Counted from the first letter of the stretch, positions 38,807 through 49,333 are shown. The stretch: 55,132 nucleotides of DNA from a virus (IMGVR_UViG_3300031369_000003:1-55132), one strand, 5' to 3'. Program-made: numbers and translations. Notes: a model not told the origin generated them from the letters alone.

Positions 38807-39163
38807 TTAGACCGCCTCCAGATTGATTGACACGCCAGACCATAACCATCCTTCGGCAATAGACTCACGTGTTCCGGGCGTCAAAGTCATTTTTACGGTT
38901 GTTGTAATCTCAGCGCCTAGTCTATCCATGACTGTCATGCTGAGGTTTTCAGCAAGGTTATAAAGTCCCTCAATTATCTCGTGATCGTCTCCGGTCATGT
39001 ACTCATAATCGATTTGATAGTTGACATATCGACGGATGATTTCTTCAACCAGCTTGCCAGACGCAACGCGCTTGGTAACGCCATCCTCGACAAGTGTCGG
39101 CGTGACTGTTCGAGAACCGGAAGGGAGAGGGGTGGTGTTTAGATAGATATCTCCTGGCACCAT
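38807..39163 (-). CDS. Distal tail protein (Dit-like)
   Basis: RVASGKLV...WSGVSINLEAV; position. Confidence 0.65.
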   Translation of the reverse strand: MVPGDIYLNTTPLPSGSRTVTPTLVEDGVTKRVASGKLVEEIIRRYVNYQIDYEYMTGDDHEIIEGLYNLAENLSMTVMDRLGAEITTTVKMTLTPGTRESIAEGWLWSGVSINLEAV

Positions 39164-39288
39164 GGAATCACCTCATTTCAGGTAATAAAAATCACTTGAT
39201 TGAAAATAGTAATAAATGGCTAAAGAAATTAACAATATATTCCGAATATAAAAAGGCATACCTGAATTTGAAGAAAGAAGGTTGAAAA

Positions 39289-39498
39289 ACGGAAAACAAA
39301 GTTATTAAACAAAAAATTATCGACCATTGCCCGATATCAAACAAAGATCAGACTATTGATATTAGATATGCCGAAAACAAATCGAACAACGGCGGGAAAT
39401 TCACAAAACTTTTTTGGAGCGAATGCGATAATGAGGATGCTTGCCCATCTAATCACAATTGCCCTTTAAAGCAGAATATTCCGAAAACACTAGACTAA
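39289..39498 (+). pseudogene. Antisense moron ORF (69 aa, 4 Cys) with ACG in place of a start codon
   Basis: gaagg RBS then ACG GAA AAC..., open to TAA at 39496-39498. Confidence 0.4.
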
Positions 39499-39968
39499 TC
39501 ACGTTTCCATTCTCCCGTTAAATTGGGAAGCGTAATTGATGTTGGCATTTTGTCAATAGGCGTGTTTTGCAAATACTCAATTAACTTGTCAACGCGCTTT
39601 TGAGCTATTGCCGAATTTGAATCATTAATGGGATTATTAAGATCAAATCTCAGGTATGCATTTTTATCCTCCTCGTTGTATATCTCAGGTAGATTCTCAT
39701 TAAGATATTTTGCCGCTTTTTCAAGTCCTTTTTTGACATATTCAGGTTCACTGTTAAAAGGGTTCACCCGTCCGATTTCTAATTGATCACCATTACCCTT
39801 GTTGACTGCCGTTATGACAAATCCAAAAACACTTAGCATCGTATTGACCAAACATAGCATTCCGGCCTCGCGAAATTTTTCCACACTTACATCATCAAAT
39901 CTTGTAATCATAATTTTCCACTGCCTTTCATTGTTTTTTGGGGCAATAAAAAGAGCCTTGCGGCTCAA
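39495..39968 (-). CDS. Hypothetical moron protein
   Basis: KFREAGMLCLVNTMLSVFGF motif; lies between TMP and Dit. Confidence 0.6.
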   Translation of the reverse strand: MSRKALFIAPKNNERQWKIMITRFDDVSVEKFREAGMLCLVNTMLSVFGFVITAVNKGNGDQLEIGRVNPFNSEPEYVKKGLEKAAKYLNENLPEIYNEEDKNAYLRFDLNNPINDSNSAIAQKRVDKLIEYLQNTPIDKMPTSITLPNLTGEWKRD

Positions 39969-39981
39969 AAGTTTTCAAATA

Positions 39982-40494
39982 TCAATCATCCCACCCAAAA
40001 ACACAATTACCTTCGCCCTCCGGCGTATCGGCATATATATAAAGCTTTTTGGGTTTTTGAGTAAATGGGTTATATCTTGTCCCGTCACTTTTTGCAAACT
40101 GCGCCGAACCAACCGAATAGGTTTCTCCTGATTTTATTTTGTGATAAGTCAATTTATAGCCGCCAATAACATTGTCTATATATAGGCTAACATTATCCCA
40201 ATCATAAGCATCAGTGTTGGTGATTACAAACTGTGTCCCGGTAAACTTGGTTATGCCGTTTAATTTTAATTCTTTAGGTTCAACTTGATCTTTTGAGCTC
40301 ATAAGACTTCCAATTGCCCCAAGCATGATCATAAACATAATAAATCCAAAACACCCAAGCCCGGCCGCCAAATTCGTTTGTTTTTGTTTATTCTTTTTAA
40401 TTTGTTCCTGTTCTCTTTGAATTGTTTGCTGTGCTTCCAGCCTCGCCTTTTCTTCGGCAAATATCTTCTGCCGCTCTTCAGGGGTTAACTCCAT
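39982..40494 (-). CDS. Membrane-anchored moron protein, superinfection-exclusion candidate
   Basis: LTPEERQKIFAEE, single TM, extracytoplasmic beta domain. Confidence 0.65.
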   Translation of the reverse strand: MELTPEERQKIFAEEKARLEAQQTIQREQEQIKKNKQKQTNLAAGLGCFGFIMFMIMLGAIGSLMSSKDQVEPKELKLNGITKFTGTQFVITNTDAYDWDNVSLYIDNVIGGYKLTYHKIKSGETYSVGSAQFAKSDGTRYNPFTQKPKKLYIYADTPEGEGNCVFGWDD

Positions 40495-40551
40495 AACAAA
40501 ATTCCTCCTTGTTACTTTTCTGGATATTTCGGCAACAAGGAGGGAATTCCT

Positions 40552-43140
40552 TTATTTTTTACCCGTTCGATTTTCCTCACTAATTATAATCGGTTGAATA
40601 TCACGGACGAATTTTTTAAGCCCGGATTTATCGACATAGCGGCCTAATTGGTAGGTGCGGTTATCATTGATAATGGTTGGGTTATTATTAGTGGAAGTAT
40701 TGTTGTTATTGGTAATCTGATTCCTTACAATTCCCTCGCCGATTTTTGCAAACACTTCATCGGATAAAGGTAAAACAGCTTCATTGTGTTTTCCTTCACC
40801 GATTAGATTAATAGACGGTCCGGTAGCAAGACCTCCTTCGGCCAAGCCCCCGATTATCGCTTTTCCGGCTTCCCATCCTGCAACCGACGCGGCGGTAGTC
40901 GCAACAATTGGAGCGATCAAAGGGAGCGCTATATATGGAATCCCTCCAGATTCTGACCATGCTCGAGCGATACCGGCCAGCCCCCCTGCGATTGTTTCTT
41001 CTTCCTTTATGCTCATTCGGTTAACAGCTATTTCTTTCATAATCTCTTTGGCTGACTTTTCGCCCGTGGTTAATTGATCAAGATATCCAACAATGGTGTA
41101 GGCTTGGTTTCTGTAACTATCTGCTGTTGCATCGTTTATGTCTTGTATTTGTTCCTGCGCATCTTCGGCAAGTTTGACCATTCTGGCTTGATGTGTTTTA
41201 TCAATCTTTTCGGTATCAAGATTGTTTTTCTTGGCCTTGTTTCGTTTCCTTATCCAGGCTTTTTGCTCTTCTCGCCATTCCAGATTAAGGTTTTTTCTGA
41301 TCGCAGCAATGCGTTTATCGTCTGATATACTCTCGTCATTGGCAATTCGGCGGTTGGTGTCTTTCGTCTCATCGATATATTCATTATTTGCTGATTCGAT
41401 AATTGACTTTCGCCGTTCCTCGGCATTTCTTTGCCTTTCTGCCGCCTCCCTAGCGTTTTCTTTTATGACTTCGATTATTTTTTTTGCTTCGTCCTCGGCA
41501 ATTTTCGTCCGTCTAGCCGCATAATAAGCCTTGATATCAGTTCTGGCCTTTTCCGTTAGGTTTTCTTGGGCTAAAGCTTTTTGTTCCTCACGGTTGAGCC
41601 GTTCTAGTTCGTTATGGGTTTCATTAAATAGCTTTTCGCGCCATTCTTTTTCGTTATTAAGGCGTTCCTTTGCTGCTTTTTTTTCTTTATCAAGCTGTTC
41701 TTTTGTATTTTGATTTTTGTCATTATTGGCGTCATCTTCCTGCTTTTGGATATCTGTATTTTTCTTTTTATTATTAGCAACCATCCAGTCGTAGTGTTCT
41801 TTATATCTACTTTGCGTAACCCCTTGCCAACCAGTTTGAATATCATTTACAGCCGAATGCATCTGACCTTCAATTGCCGTAATGGCCCCTTTAAGCTTGT
41901 CACCCCAGCCAGGTATCCATCCAGTAAATGTCTGCAATCCCTTAAGGATTAAATCGATTTGCCCCAAAATATATACACGAATTCCACCCCATGCGATTTG
42001 CACCGCTCCTGCTGCTTTATCAAATGCGGTCATGAAAAACGCCGCGACATTATTCCAATTTTTAAGAACTGCTACTGCCCCAATTGCCAAATTTGAAGCT
42101 CCAAGAGTTAATGCACCAAGGACAAGCAAGGCCGCCTTTCCCCAACCACTATCAACAAATTTAACAAATTTATCCCAATTATTATATAGAGAAGTTGTTG
42201 CCGCAACTAATGCCCCTGCCGCTACAATAAACGGCGCTATTGGAGCTATCGCTGTCCAAAGAGCACTGCCAAAAGTTATTGCCGCGCCAGTGGCAAGCAA
42301 TAATACTCCTGTAAAAGCCGTTCCGACCGTGATCGCCTGACGCACCGGCCCGGGGATCTTATTAAACCATTCCAACGCAGACTTTAAACCATCAGCCAGT
42401 TTGGTCAAATACGGAACAAGAGCCGAAGCAATCTGAGTTGCAAATCCTCCAACCCCGGCTTTTACCGCCGTTATACTATCATCAAAGGCTTTCATATTTT
42501 TGACGGAATCCTCGGACATTACAATTCCAAGCCGTTCTGCCTCTTTTTTAAGTTCCTCGATCCCGTCCCGACCCATCCGGAGAAACGGAACCAGTTCAGC
42601 GCCGCTCTTCCCGAAAAGTTTCATAGCTGCGCCAGATATTTCAGTCTCGTTGGTCATGCCCTTAAATCTATCGGCAATATCAAGGAGTACATCGGAGGAG
42701 CTGCGCAAAGTACCATCTGATTTCTTGACGCTTATCTCTAATTCCTCAAAGGTGTCTTTAGCTTCGCCGGTACCCATGTTTGTATCATACATATTTTTGG
42801 ATAGTTTAATGAGTCCTGCCGATAATTGCTCCATAGACGCATGTTCTTGCAATGCGGCATATCCTAATTTTTGGATTTCTTCGCGGCTAATACCGGTAGT
42901 CTTTGACATTTTATCAATCTCGACACCGGTTTTGCTGACGGCAACAACTGTTGCGGCCAACGCTCCGACAATCGTCCCGCCAACCGCAAGCATGGTTTTA
43001 CCAACCGCCTGCATGGATATACCGTGTTTATTGACTTCTTTTCCGAACTTCTGCGCGTCTTTGGTAACCGTGCTATAAACACCTTGCAACTGAGAGGAAT
43101 CTCCCAAAAACTGAACAACCAATCGTTTACTGATCGCCAT
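40552..43140 (-). CDS. Tail tape measure protein
   Basis: 862 aa Ala/Gly-rich, AMKLFGKSGAELVP, TM block, GEGKHNEAVLPL. Confidence 0.92.
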   Translation of the reverse strand: MAISKRLVVQFLGDSSQLQGVYSTVTKDAQKFGKEVNKHGISMQAVGKTMLAVGGTIVGALAATVVAVSKTGVEIDKMSKTTGISREEIQKLGYAALQEHASMEQLSAGLIKLSKNMYDTNMGTGEAKDTFEELEISVKKSDGTLRSSSDVLLDIADRFKGMTNETEISGAAMKLFGKSGAELVPFLRMGRDGIEELKKEAERLGIVMSEDSVKNMKAFDDSITAVKAGVGGFATQIASALVPYLTKLADGLKSALEWFNKIPGPVRQAITVGTAFTGVLLLATGAAITFGSALWTAIAPIAPFIVAAGALVAATTSLYNNWDKFVKFVDSGWGKAALLVLGALTLGASNLAIGAVAVLKNWNNVAAFFMTAFDKAAGAVQIAWGGIRVYILGQIDLILKGLQTFTGWIPGWGDKLKGAITAIEGQMHSAVNDIQTGWQGVTQSRYKEHYDWMVANNKKKNTDIQKQEDDANNDKNQNTKEQLDKEKKAAKERLNNEKEWREKLFNETHNELERLNREEQKALAQENLTEKARTDIKAYYAARRTKIAEDEAKKIIEVIKENAREAAERQRNAEERRKSIIESANNEYIDETKDTNRRIANDESISDDKRIAAIRKNLNLEWREEQKAWIRKRNKAKKNNLDTEKIDKTHQARMVKLAEDAQEQIQDINDATADSYRNQAYTIVGYLDQLTTGEKSAKEIMKEIAVNRMSIKEEETIAGGLAGIARAWSESGGIPYIALPLIAPIVATTAASVAGWEAGKAIIGGLAEGGLATGPSINLIGEGKHNEAVLPLSDEVFAKIGEGIVRNQITNNNNTSTNNNPTIINDNRTYQLGRYVDKSGLKKFVRDIQPIIISEENRTGKK

Positions 43141-43765
43141 TATCGGTGTACCTCCCTATTGTTGCCATAATGTTTTTTAAAAGCTTCTAAATCTGGACAA
43201 TTGAAGTCTTGACCCGGAATACGCTCGCCCTGTGTTAATACTTCATCCATACATTCAGCCAACATGATAAATTGATTTTCAGAAATTTCATCGGTAAAAT
43301 ATCGGACTGCTTGCCCATAATATGCGCATAATTTTGCAATAACCCTGCAAAAATTAAGGTCTACTTTTCCGCCGCCTTTTGCAGGGCGAGAACGTTTTTT
43401 AGGTGTTCCTCTTCTTTTTCCTTCGTTGGTTCCAATATAAAGTTTAATATTTGTGCAAATGTCTCATTGGTTAGGCAACGTTTTATCCATAATTTAGTAA
43501 ATATAGGTCGGAATGATTTAAAAACATCGGCGACAATGTTGAGAGAAATCTGAGATAATAATTTTTGATCTTTATTAACCCACGCGCCAACAAATGCATA
43601 ATACTTTTGGCGCATTTGCTGGGCTTTCCGAATAGAAGGGTTAGGAATAGTAATGACGATCTCTTTGACAGGTAAAAAGGGCAGGAATCGTCTCCTGCCC
43701 TCCGCCGGTATGATTATTTGACGTGGTTCGTCCATTACGGTGTCGATTGTTAAAATATTTGCCAT
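43140..43765 (-). CDS. Tail assembly chaperone G (43361-43765) and -1 frameshift product GT
   Basis: Slippery A AAA AAC at 43400-43394; -1 frame open to a TAA overlapping the TMP ATG. Confidence 0.8.
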
Positions 43766-43776
43766 GATTGATCTCC

Positions 43777-44586
43777 TTATGCCACCGATTGTTCGTCATA
43801 AATTTCGAAAAGTTGATCGCCAACGGTTCGAACGGCATCCTTGTAACCGGTAAATTTAATAGTATTTTCCCACGCTTTACCTTCGTCATCAGACGGGAAA
43901 TCAATACTAATTCCTTCCGAATTTTGGGCCTTATAAACAGTAATTCGGAAAATTTTATCGTTTTCATCGGTGTTTGTAAGACGAACTATTTTCGAATTAA
44001 CGGTTACATTACCACCCGAAGTCATTACAACTGCCGCATTTGGAGTATAATTGTAAATAATTGTTATGATTTGCGATTCCGTTGTAACTGTTGCGGAATC
44101 AATAATATAAATTCCATATTCTCCTGCCGTATTTTGACCAATATAATAATCAGTATCGGCAACTAACAATCCATTGGTGCTTCCCGTGACAGAGGTCGGA
44201 GTGATTATTGTGCCAGCTCCATTTTGATTTGAAAATTTAATAAATTTATTATAAGACCATGCGCCCGATGCTATGCTTTGGCTATGTCCAGTAACCAAAG
44301 TGCCGGCTATAGTTGAATACTCATCAATGCCACCACGCGCCTGTTGCAAGATGTTAAGATCAATTTCCAGCATTGTAAAATCGACCTCACAGGTCTGCTC
44401 TTTGACAAGAGTTTTAATCAGCCCACCATTGTCACTAATCAAGTCTTGCTTAGTCATTTTTTCAGAAAACTTTGCAGCGTTACCGGTTCCCAACGATACT
44501 AAACTACCAATAGTATCGCCAACTTCAACTTTAACACTACCGACCCTAATTGTTTTAACACTTATTACCGGTTGTTGATAAGGCAT
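43777..44586 (-). CDS. Major tail protein
   Basis: Position; RLTNTDEN...FRITVYKA...GDQLFEIYDEQ. Confidence 0.85.
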   Translation of the reverse strand: MPYQQPVISVKTIRVGSVKVEVGDTIGSLVSLGTGNAAKFSEKMTKQDLISDNGGLIKTLVKEQTCEVDFTMLEIDLNILQQARGGIDEYSTIAGTLVTGHSQSIASGAWSYNKFIKFSNQNGAGTIITPTSVTGSTNGLLVADTDYYIGQNTAGEYGIYIIDSATVTTESQIITIIYNYTPNAAVVMTSGGNVTVNSKIVRLTNTDENDKIFRITVYKAQNSEGISIDFPSDDEGKAWENTIKFTGYKDAVRTVGDQLFEIYDEQSVA

Positions 44587-44637
44587 TTTTTATTCCTCCT
44601 AATTTTTTTTGCAATAAAAAAGTATCCCTGAAGGGCA

Positions 44638-45021
44638 CTACGTGCGATATAAAACCATTACATCCGTTTGAGCTTTCCAAAGTTTGGTGTCTGATTCATA
44701 AATTATTTGTGTATCTTGATATGCTCCCATTTCAATTGTCACGCCATCCAAAACCCCGGAAAACCCATCCAGGGCTTCATAGGTCAATTCTCCCATTAAC
44801 CTAGTCTCACCATATTTCAGTGAAAAACTATCGATCTGTAATCGCGGTCTTGGACGTCCGAGACGCTTCATGTCAGGTGGATCGGAAATCAAAAATAAGC
44901 TTTGATATGGAGCAATCCACTTTTGATTTGCTAACCCTTGTTGACAATGGCCACCATGAATTGCTTTTAGTGCTGCATAATCGGCTAGATAAGCCGCTAT
45001 GATTGATTCAATTGGTTTCAT
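44638..45021 (-). CDS. Tail terminator/completion protein
   Basis: PRLQIDSFS...ALDGFSG; position. Confidence 0.75.
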   Translation of the reverse strand: MKPIESIIAAYLADYAALKAIHGGHCQQGLANQKWIAPYQSLFLISDPPDMKRLGRPRPRLQIDSFSLKYGETRLMGELTYEALDGFSGVLDGVTIEMGAYQDTQIIYESDTKLWKAQTDVMVLYRT

Positions 45022-45482
45022 CAGTCACCCCCTAAGATATCGCCCAAATCCTCGATGTCTTTGATGATATTTTCGCCCCAACCCTCGGCATAAACTTCAG
45101 CCGCTTTTTGTGTGGCCTCATTTTGCTTCTCGTCAAAAGCAGGGCGAAGAAATGCCTTAGGTTCAGATCTGCTTGTGCCATTCTCAACAAAAAAACCATA
45201 CCATCCATTGTGTTTGGCTTTCGGGCCGACTTCAGGGCCGATTACAACCGATTGTTGACCTTTTTCTTTGGGATTAAGAGCTTTCATTTTTAATGATTTT
45301 TTAAGGTTGCCGGTCGGCTCTTTAAATTTGTCGCAGTTTGATTTTGCCGTTTTTAAAATAACACGTCCACCCAACAGAGTTGCTTTTCTTAAAAGTTTTG
45401 CGTCGTTTTTTTCACAAACATTTATAAAATCGGTTATTGTCTCAAGCCCCACCACCGACATGTCAAACATTCCAGCCATCAA
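45021..45482 (-). CDS. HK97 gp10-like protein
   Basis: TGNLKKSL...YGFFVENGTS...AFLRPAFD. Confidence 0.85.
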   Translation of the reverse strand: MMAGMFDMSVVGLETITDFINVCEKNDAKLLRKATLLGGRVILKTAKSNCDKFKEPTGNLKKSLKMKALNPKEKGQQSVVIGPEVGPKAKHNGWYGFFVENGTSRSEPKAFLRPAFDEKQNEATQKAAEVYAEGWGENIIKDIEDLGDILGGD

Positions 45483-45808
45483 ATCACTTCCTCACACTCA
45501 AGCCACGTTTCCCGGTTAGCCTCTTGGGGATTAATCACCGTTAAAATATCAAACTCGCGGGTACCATAAAAAACTTTCATGGTAGTATCAATCCCTGCAT
45601 AATACCATAATTTAAATATCCCATTCCATTTGGCATTGACCTTTTGCGCCGACCAAAATTCTCCACCAGAACTAATTTCAATTTTTGCCCACGGGCTAAA
45701 AAGCGGATCATAAGTTGGGACATTGTCACCATTGCCATCTTGGGCATATCCGGTAATATACTTAATAACAATTTTTTGTGTCATTTCTCCCGGTTTTGTC
45801 CAATTCAT
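45479..45808 (-). CDS. Head closure/head-tail adaptor
   Basis: PWAKIE...GGEFWSAQ...IDTTMKVFY...FDIL. Confidence 0.85.
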   Translation of the reverse strand: MNWTKPGEMTQKIVIKYITGYAQDGNGDNVPTYDPLFSPWAKIEISSGGEFWSAQKVNAKWNGIFKLWYYAGIDTTMKVFYGTREFDILTVINPQEANRETWLECEEVI

Positions 45809-46119
45809 ACCGCTGCCTGACTTTCTTGGAGCACCATTGCTTCAAGCTGTCCCAACATGCTAACAATTCCCAATCCGTTAGCCGTCCCGATTGTGGCTGG
45901 ATCAACAAACCATTGCGAAAGCAGCGCCGCCGCCACTGTTTTAGCAACCGGGTCAATCACGGTATAGTCGGCGGTCAAAGTTCCCCAATCTCTGCCGGTT
46001 GCTTTTTCGATATATGAGTCAATACCAGGTACTAAAATACCAGTCACTTTTTCAGGCATTTGCGCAATATCGGAATAATTTAGGGCTTGCGCTGCTTCTG
46101 TGGCGGTCAAAATTGCCAT
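45805..46119 (-). CDS. Head-tail connector (gp6-like)
   Basis: YIEKATGRDW...AKTVAAALLSQWF. Confidence 0.8.
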   Translation of the reverse strand: MAILTATEAAQALNYSDIAQMPEKVTGILVPGIDSYIEKATGRDWGTLTADYTVIDPVAKTVAAALLSQWFVDPATIGTANGLGIVSMLGQLEAMVLQESQAAV

Positions 46120-46132
46120 TTAAATCACATCC

Positions 46133-47104
46133 TTAAACCAGCAGGTAAATATCGACTATTGAACCATTTAAAGCGCTATATAAGTCAATTGTATTAGATT
46201 CTAGCGCCGTCGCGCTAACTGCAACGGTTGGTGCAGTAGACTCTTTGACATTGGCAAGATAGGCGTTTAAAACGGTATTATGTGTCAATTTGTAAGGTAA
46301 ACCAAGTACTTCGCCAAATCCAATCGCGGTAGTCGCCCCAGTTCCATCATGGGCCGGGATAGTAATGCTTGTAATGGTAGCAAATGCCTTACTCCCAGAG
46401 ACAGAACCCGCGGTATCAACAGTAAATACCGGTAAGGTTTCGGTGATAATTTCTCCGTTGTAATTCGTACCAGCTACAATTACTTGGACGGCTTTAATGT
46501 CTCCGGCAGTACCCCCAACAGTCGCGGTAATATTTCTTGGAGTTCCAGGGTTGGTAATGGCCGTGGTCAATACATCATTAGCCGCAGTCTGCCCACCGCT
46601 AAACACTACCGCTGCAGTCTCGCCCGTAGCAATCGCTGCAGTATCCCAATCGCCACCCGCCGCACAAGTCGCGCCAACAACAGATACATCGCCAACGGTT
46701 GATAAGGCACGGATTGCCGCTTGGATAAGCGTAGCAGTATTATTCGCTGCTGTCGTTTTGGCAAGGGCAATAGTGATGACTTTTGTGGTATCATTTTTAC
46801 TAACCGCCAGTACATCATCAGCAGCGGTCGTTAACAAAATGCTTAATGCATTCGCTGCAGCTCCAATGGTCGCCGGTATTGTGGTTGTTAAAATATCCGT
46901 AATGGCCGTTGCAGCTTTAACTATACATGTCGCAGCTATGGCCGGAGTGGTACATGCAAATGCCGCATGAATCCCGTCAGTATCAGCTACAATGGCGTTT
47001 GCGGCGGAAATTTGTAAATGAGCAACAAAAGCACGGTCAACCGCCTTATCTAAAACATCAGTATTTAATCTTTGATCTGTACGGTCATATGGATATAAAT
47101 TCAT
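46133..47104 (-). CDS. Putative head decoration/fibre protein
   Basis: Ala/Thr-rich beta protein just after capsid; PRNIT...GTNYNGEIITET...GSKAFATITSITIP. Confidence 0.6.
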   Translation of the reverse strand: MNLYPYDRTDQRLNTDVLDKAVDRAFVAHLQISAANAIVADTDGIHAAFACTTPAIAATCIVKAATAITDILTTTIPATIGAAANALSILLTTAADDVLAVSKNDTTKVITIALAKTTAANNTATLIQAAIRALSTVGDVSVVGATCAAGGDWDTAAIATGETAAVVFSGGQTAANDVLTTAITNPGTPRNITATVGGTAGDIKAVQVIVAGTNYNGEIITETLPVFTVDTAGSVSGSKAFATITSITIPAHDGTGATTAIGFGEVLGLPYKLTHNTVLNAYLANVKESTAPTVAVSATALESNTIDLYSALNGSIVDIYLLV

Positions 47105-47117
47105 ATTTTTATTCCTC

Positions 47118-47324
47118 CTATTTAATTTCTACCCCGTCAACAATACATGGGGCCAGAATAATTTTTAAACCGCTTTCTGCGTTTTCAAATTTAATTCTCT
47201 TTGACAATGCTTCAAATTCACTTTGAGTTAATAGCTTATTAACTCTAAAAATAATTATTGATTCAGTTTCGGCTAAAACATCGATTTCGGCAACAGTTTT
47301 AACCACCGTCTTTTTAGCTACCAT
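47118..47324 (-). CDS. Hypothetical protein
   Basis: ggagg RBS, after capsid terminator. Confidence 0.5.
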   Translation of the reverse strand: MVAKKTVVKTVAEIDVLAETESIIIFRVNKLLTQSEFEALSKRIKFENAESGLKIILAPCIVDGVEIK

Positions 47325-47376
47325 GATATCCCTCCATTGAATTAGGGGTCTATCAAAAAATAGACCCCATCATAAA

Positions 47377-48678
47377 TTAAACCGCAGTTACTTTTTTGAT
47401 TCGTTGGAATCCTTTGTAACTCGCAGTGTTACCACCGCAAAGTACAGAACCGCGGAAGGCCACTTGACCATTCTTGAATAAATAATCACGACTTTCCGAT
47501 ACCTCTAATTGACTAAATAGTGGCATCATATAGGTCATGGGCGAACCATATGCCATGCAATAAGTATCAGCCGACGTTCCGACAGCCGACAACGCCGGGC
47601 AAATACTATTGATGATAAATCTTACCGAATAGCTGCCCTTGCTCGAAATGGTACCAATATTACCGTTCAGTGTAATGTCATATAATCGTTCGCCAACACT
47701 CGATCTAATAGCTGCAAACGCCGCTAAATCGGTTTTATTAAGGATCAAATACTGCCCACCCTCAACTTCTTCATCACCACCATATCCAAAAACAATATTA
47801 TCAAGAGTATCTGCATCAATTGCGGAAACCTCAAGATCGCTTGCCAAAGGAATGACATTGACCGGAGCATTAAAAATACCAGTAATTGTATTGGTAGTAC
47901 CTAATCCAACTACAATCTGAGCGGAAATTGTTTTCCTAATCGCTTTGGTGATATTGAGCGCCACCAAAGATTGATAATTAATATTGGGTAACTTAATGCT
48001 TTCTTCGGACATTTCTGCATATGAAGTGACTTTGGCTTTGGCAATGCTGACATAACTGGTCACTGGTTCAGCGGTCGTATATGCGGCTTCCTCAGCGGTA
48101 TAACCGCCACTCCCCGAAGGAGTAACTAGAAAAGCTTGCTCAAAACTTTCTCCACCATCCAAAGGTACGGCGTTAACAACATCGATCAAAGATGATACAT
48201 TGTTAAAAGTATCGTTGATGGTAGTACCATATTTCTTCGGAACCACTAAAGTCCCGCCTCCGATAGTCACAGAACGAAATTGCGGAAGTTCGGAAAAATC
48301 AAAAATCACGGGCTTCTTCGCTTTCAAATCGGCTCCGCGTTTCTCATATTTTTCAGTTAATTCCGCTCTTTCCTCGGCTTCTTTATTAGTTGAAAATCCG
48401 TAGCTCGTCATTGGGTTAAACGAACTACCCGCCGCCCTTAATTCGCCTTGGGGTTTCAATTCCTCTCCGCGTCCCTCGGGTTTGTCCTCTGTTTTCGGAA
48501 CTTCTGCCGGGATCGCATCAATCATATTGCGTAATTCGACAATTTCGGCGTCGATGGTTTGCAATTGTGCATTAATTCCGCGAACTTCGGCGACATCCTC
48601 ACTGACATTGGATTTAGTTACCAACGCGGCGCGGGCCTCATCTTTATTCTTTAATAATTTTAATAATTTTTCTTTCAC
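47377..48678 (-). CDS. Major capsid protein (HK97 fold with N-terminal delta domain)
   Basis: Coiled-coil N-terminus, GGGTLVVP, position after protease. Confidence 0.92.
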   Translation of the reverse strand: MKEKLLKLLKNKDEARAALVTKSNVSEDVAEVRGINAQLQTIDAEIVELRNMIDAIPAEVPKTEDKPEGRGEELKPQGELRAAGSSFNPMTSYGFSTNKEAEERAELTEKYEKRGADLKAKKPVIFDFSELPQFRSVTIGGGTLVVPKKYGTTINDTFNNVSSLIDVVNAVPLDGGESFEQAFLVTPSGSGGYTAEEAAYTTAEPVTSYVSIAKAKVTSYAEMSEESIKLPNINYQSLVALNITKAIRKTISAQIVVGLGTTNTITGIFNAPVNVIPLASDLEVSAIDADTLDNIVFGYGGDEEVEGGQYLILNKTDLAAFAAIRSSVGERLYDITLNGNIGTISSKGSYSVRFIINSICPALSAVGTSADTYCMAYGSPMTYMMPLFSQLEVSESRDYLFKNGQVAFRGSVLCGGNTASYKGFQRIKKVTAV

Positions 48679-48679
48679 T

Positions 48680-49333
48680 TTATTTTCCTCCTAAAATTTT
48701 GTTTTTTAATTTGTAAAGTTCTAGTTCTTTAACTCTCCGCTCATTCAAGCTCTCCAGCTCTTTGGCTCGGGCGCTCTCCAGCTCCCGCTTGGCGCTATCC
48801 AGCGTTTCTTTGCCACGCGCATTTATATCAGTCCCGTCATAGGCGGGGAAGGATACCGCTGATACTTCATAGACCTTGGAAATGTCTTTAATTGTTCTGG
48901 TTGGCATGTCGGAATCTAAGTCAGTCCATTCCTCGTCGCGAACATTAAAAATAAAAGACATTCCTGTGATGTCTCCCCTGCTAACCGCGCTATAAAGTGA
49001 CTTTGAATCGGCATTGTTTTCGGTGTCGAGGTTTGCCCTCATGCCAAGCCCCTGATCGTCAACCTGTAATTGTAAAGTTGAATTAGCGTTATTGTTGCGG
49101 CTCCTAGCTAATGGTATTTTTTCTAAATCATGATTAACGCTGAAAAGGACATCTTTAAAATCCGTCTTGTCGAATGCGCCACGTTGGATAATCTCTTTGT
49201 ACCAGCCCCCGATATTGGTTTCCTGACCAAATACCGCTGCGTGACCTTCGATTGTGTTGCCGCCTTCGTCTGCTTTCAAATCGGGCATAGAAAAAGCGCG
49301 AAACTCCGCGCCATTTTTAAGTTTGATTGTCAT
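48680..49333 (-). CDS. HK97-family prohead protease
   Basis: IEGHAAVF...NHD...GMSFIF...EVSAVSFPAY; start trimmed to ATG at 49333. Confidence 0.92.
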   Translation of the reverse strand: MTIKLKNGAEFRAFSMPDLKADEGGNTIEGHAAVFGQETNIGGWYKEIIQRGAFDKTDFKDVLFSVNHDLEKIPLARSRNNNANSTLQLQVDDQGLGMRANLDTENNADSKSLYSAVSRGDITGMSFIFNVRDEEWTDLDSDMPTRTIKDISKVYEVSAVSFPAYDGTDINARGKETLDSAKRELESARAKELESLNERRVKELELYKLKNKILGGK

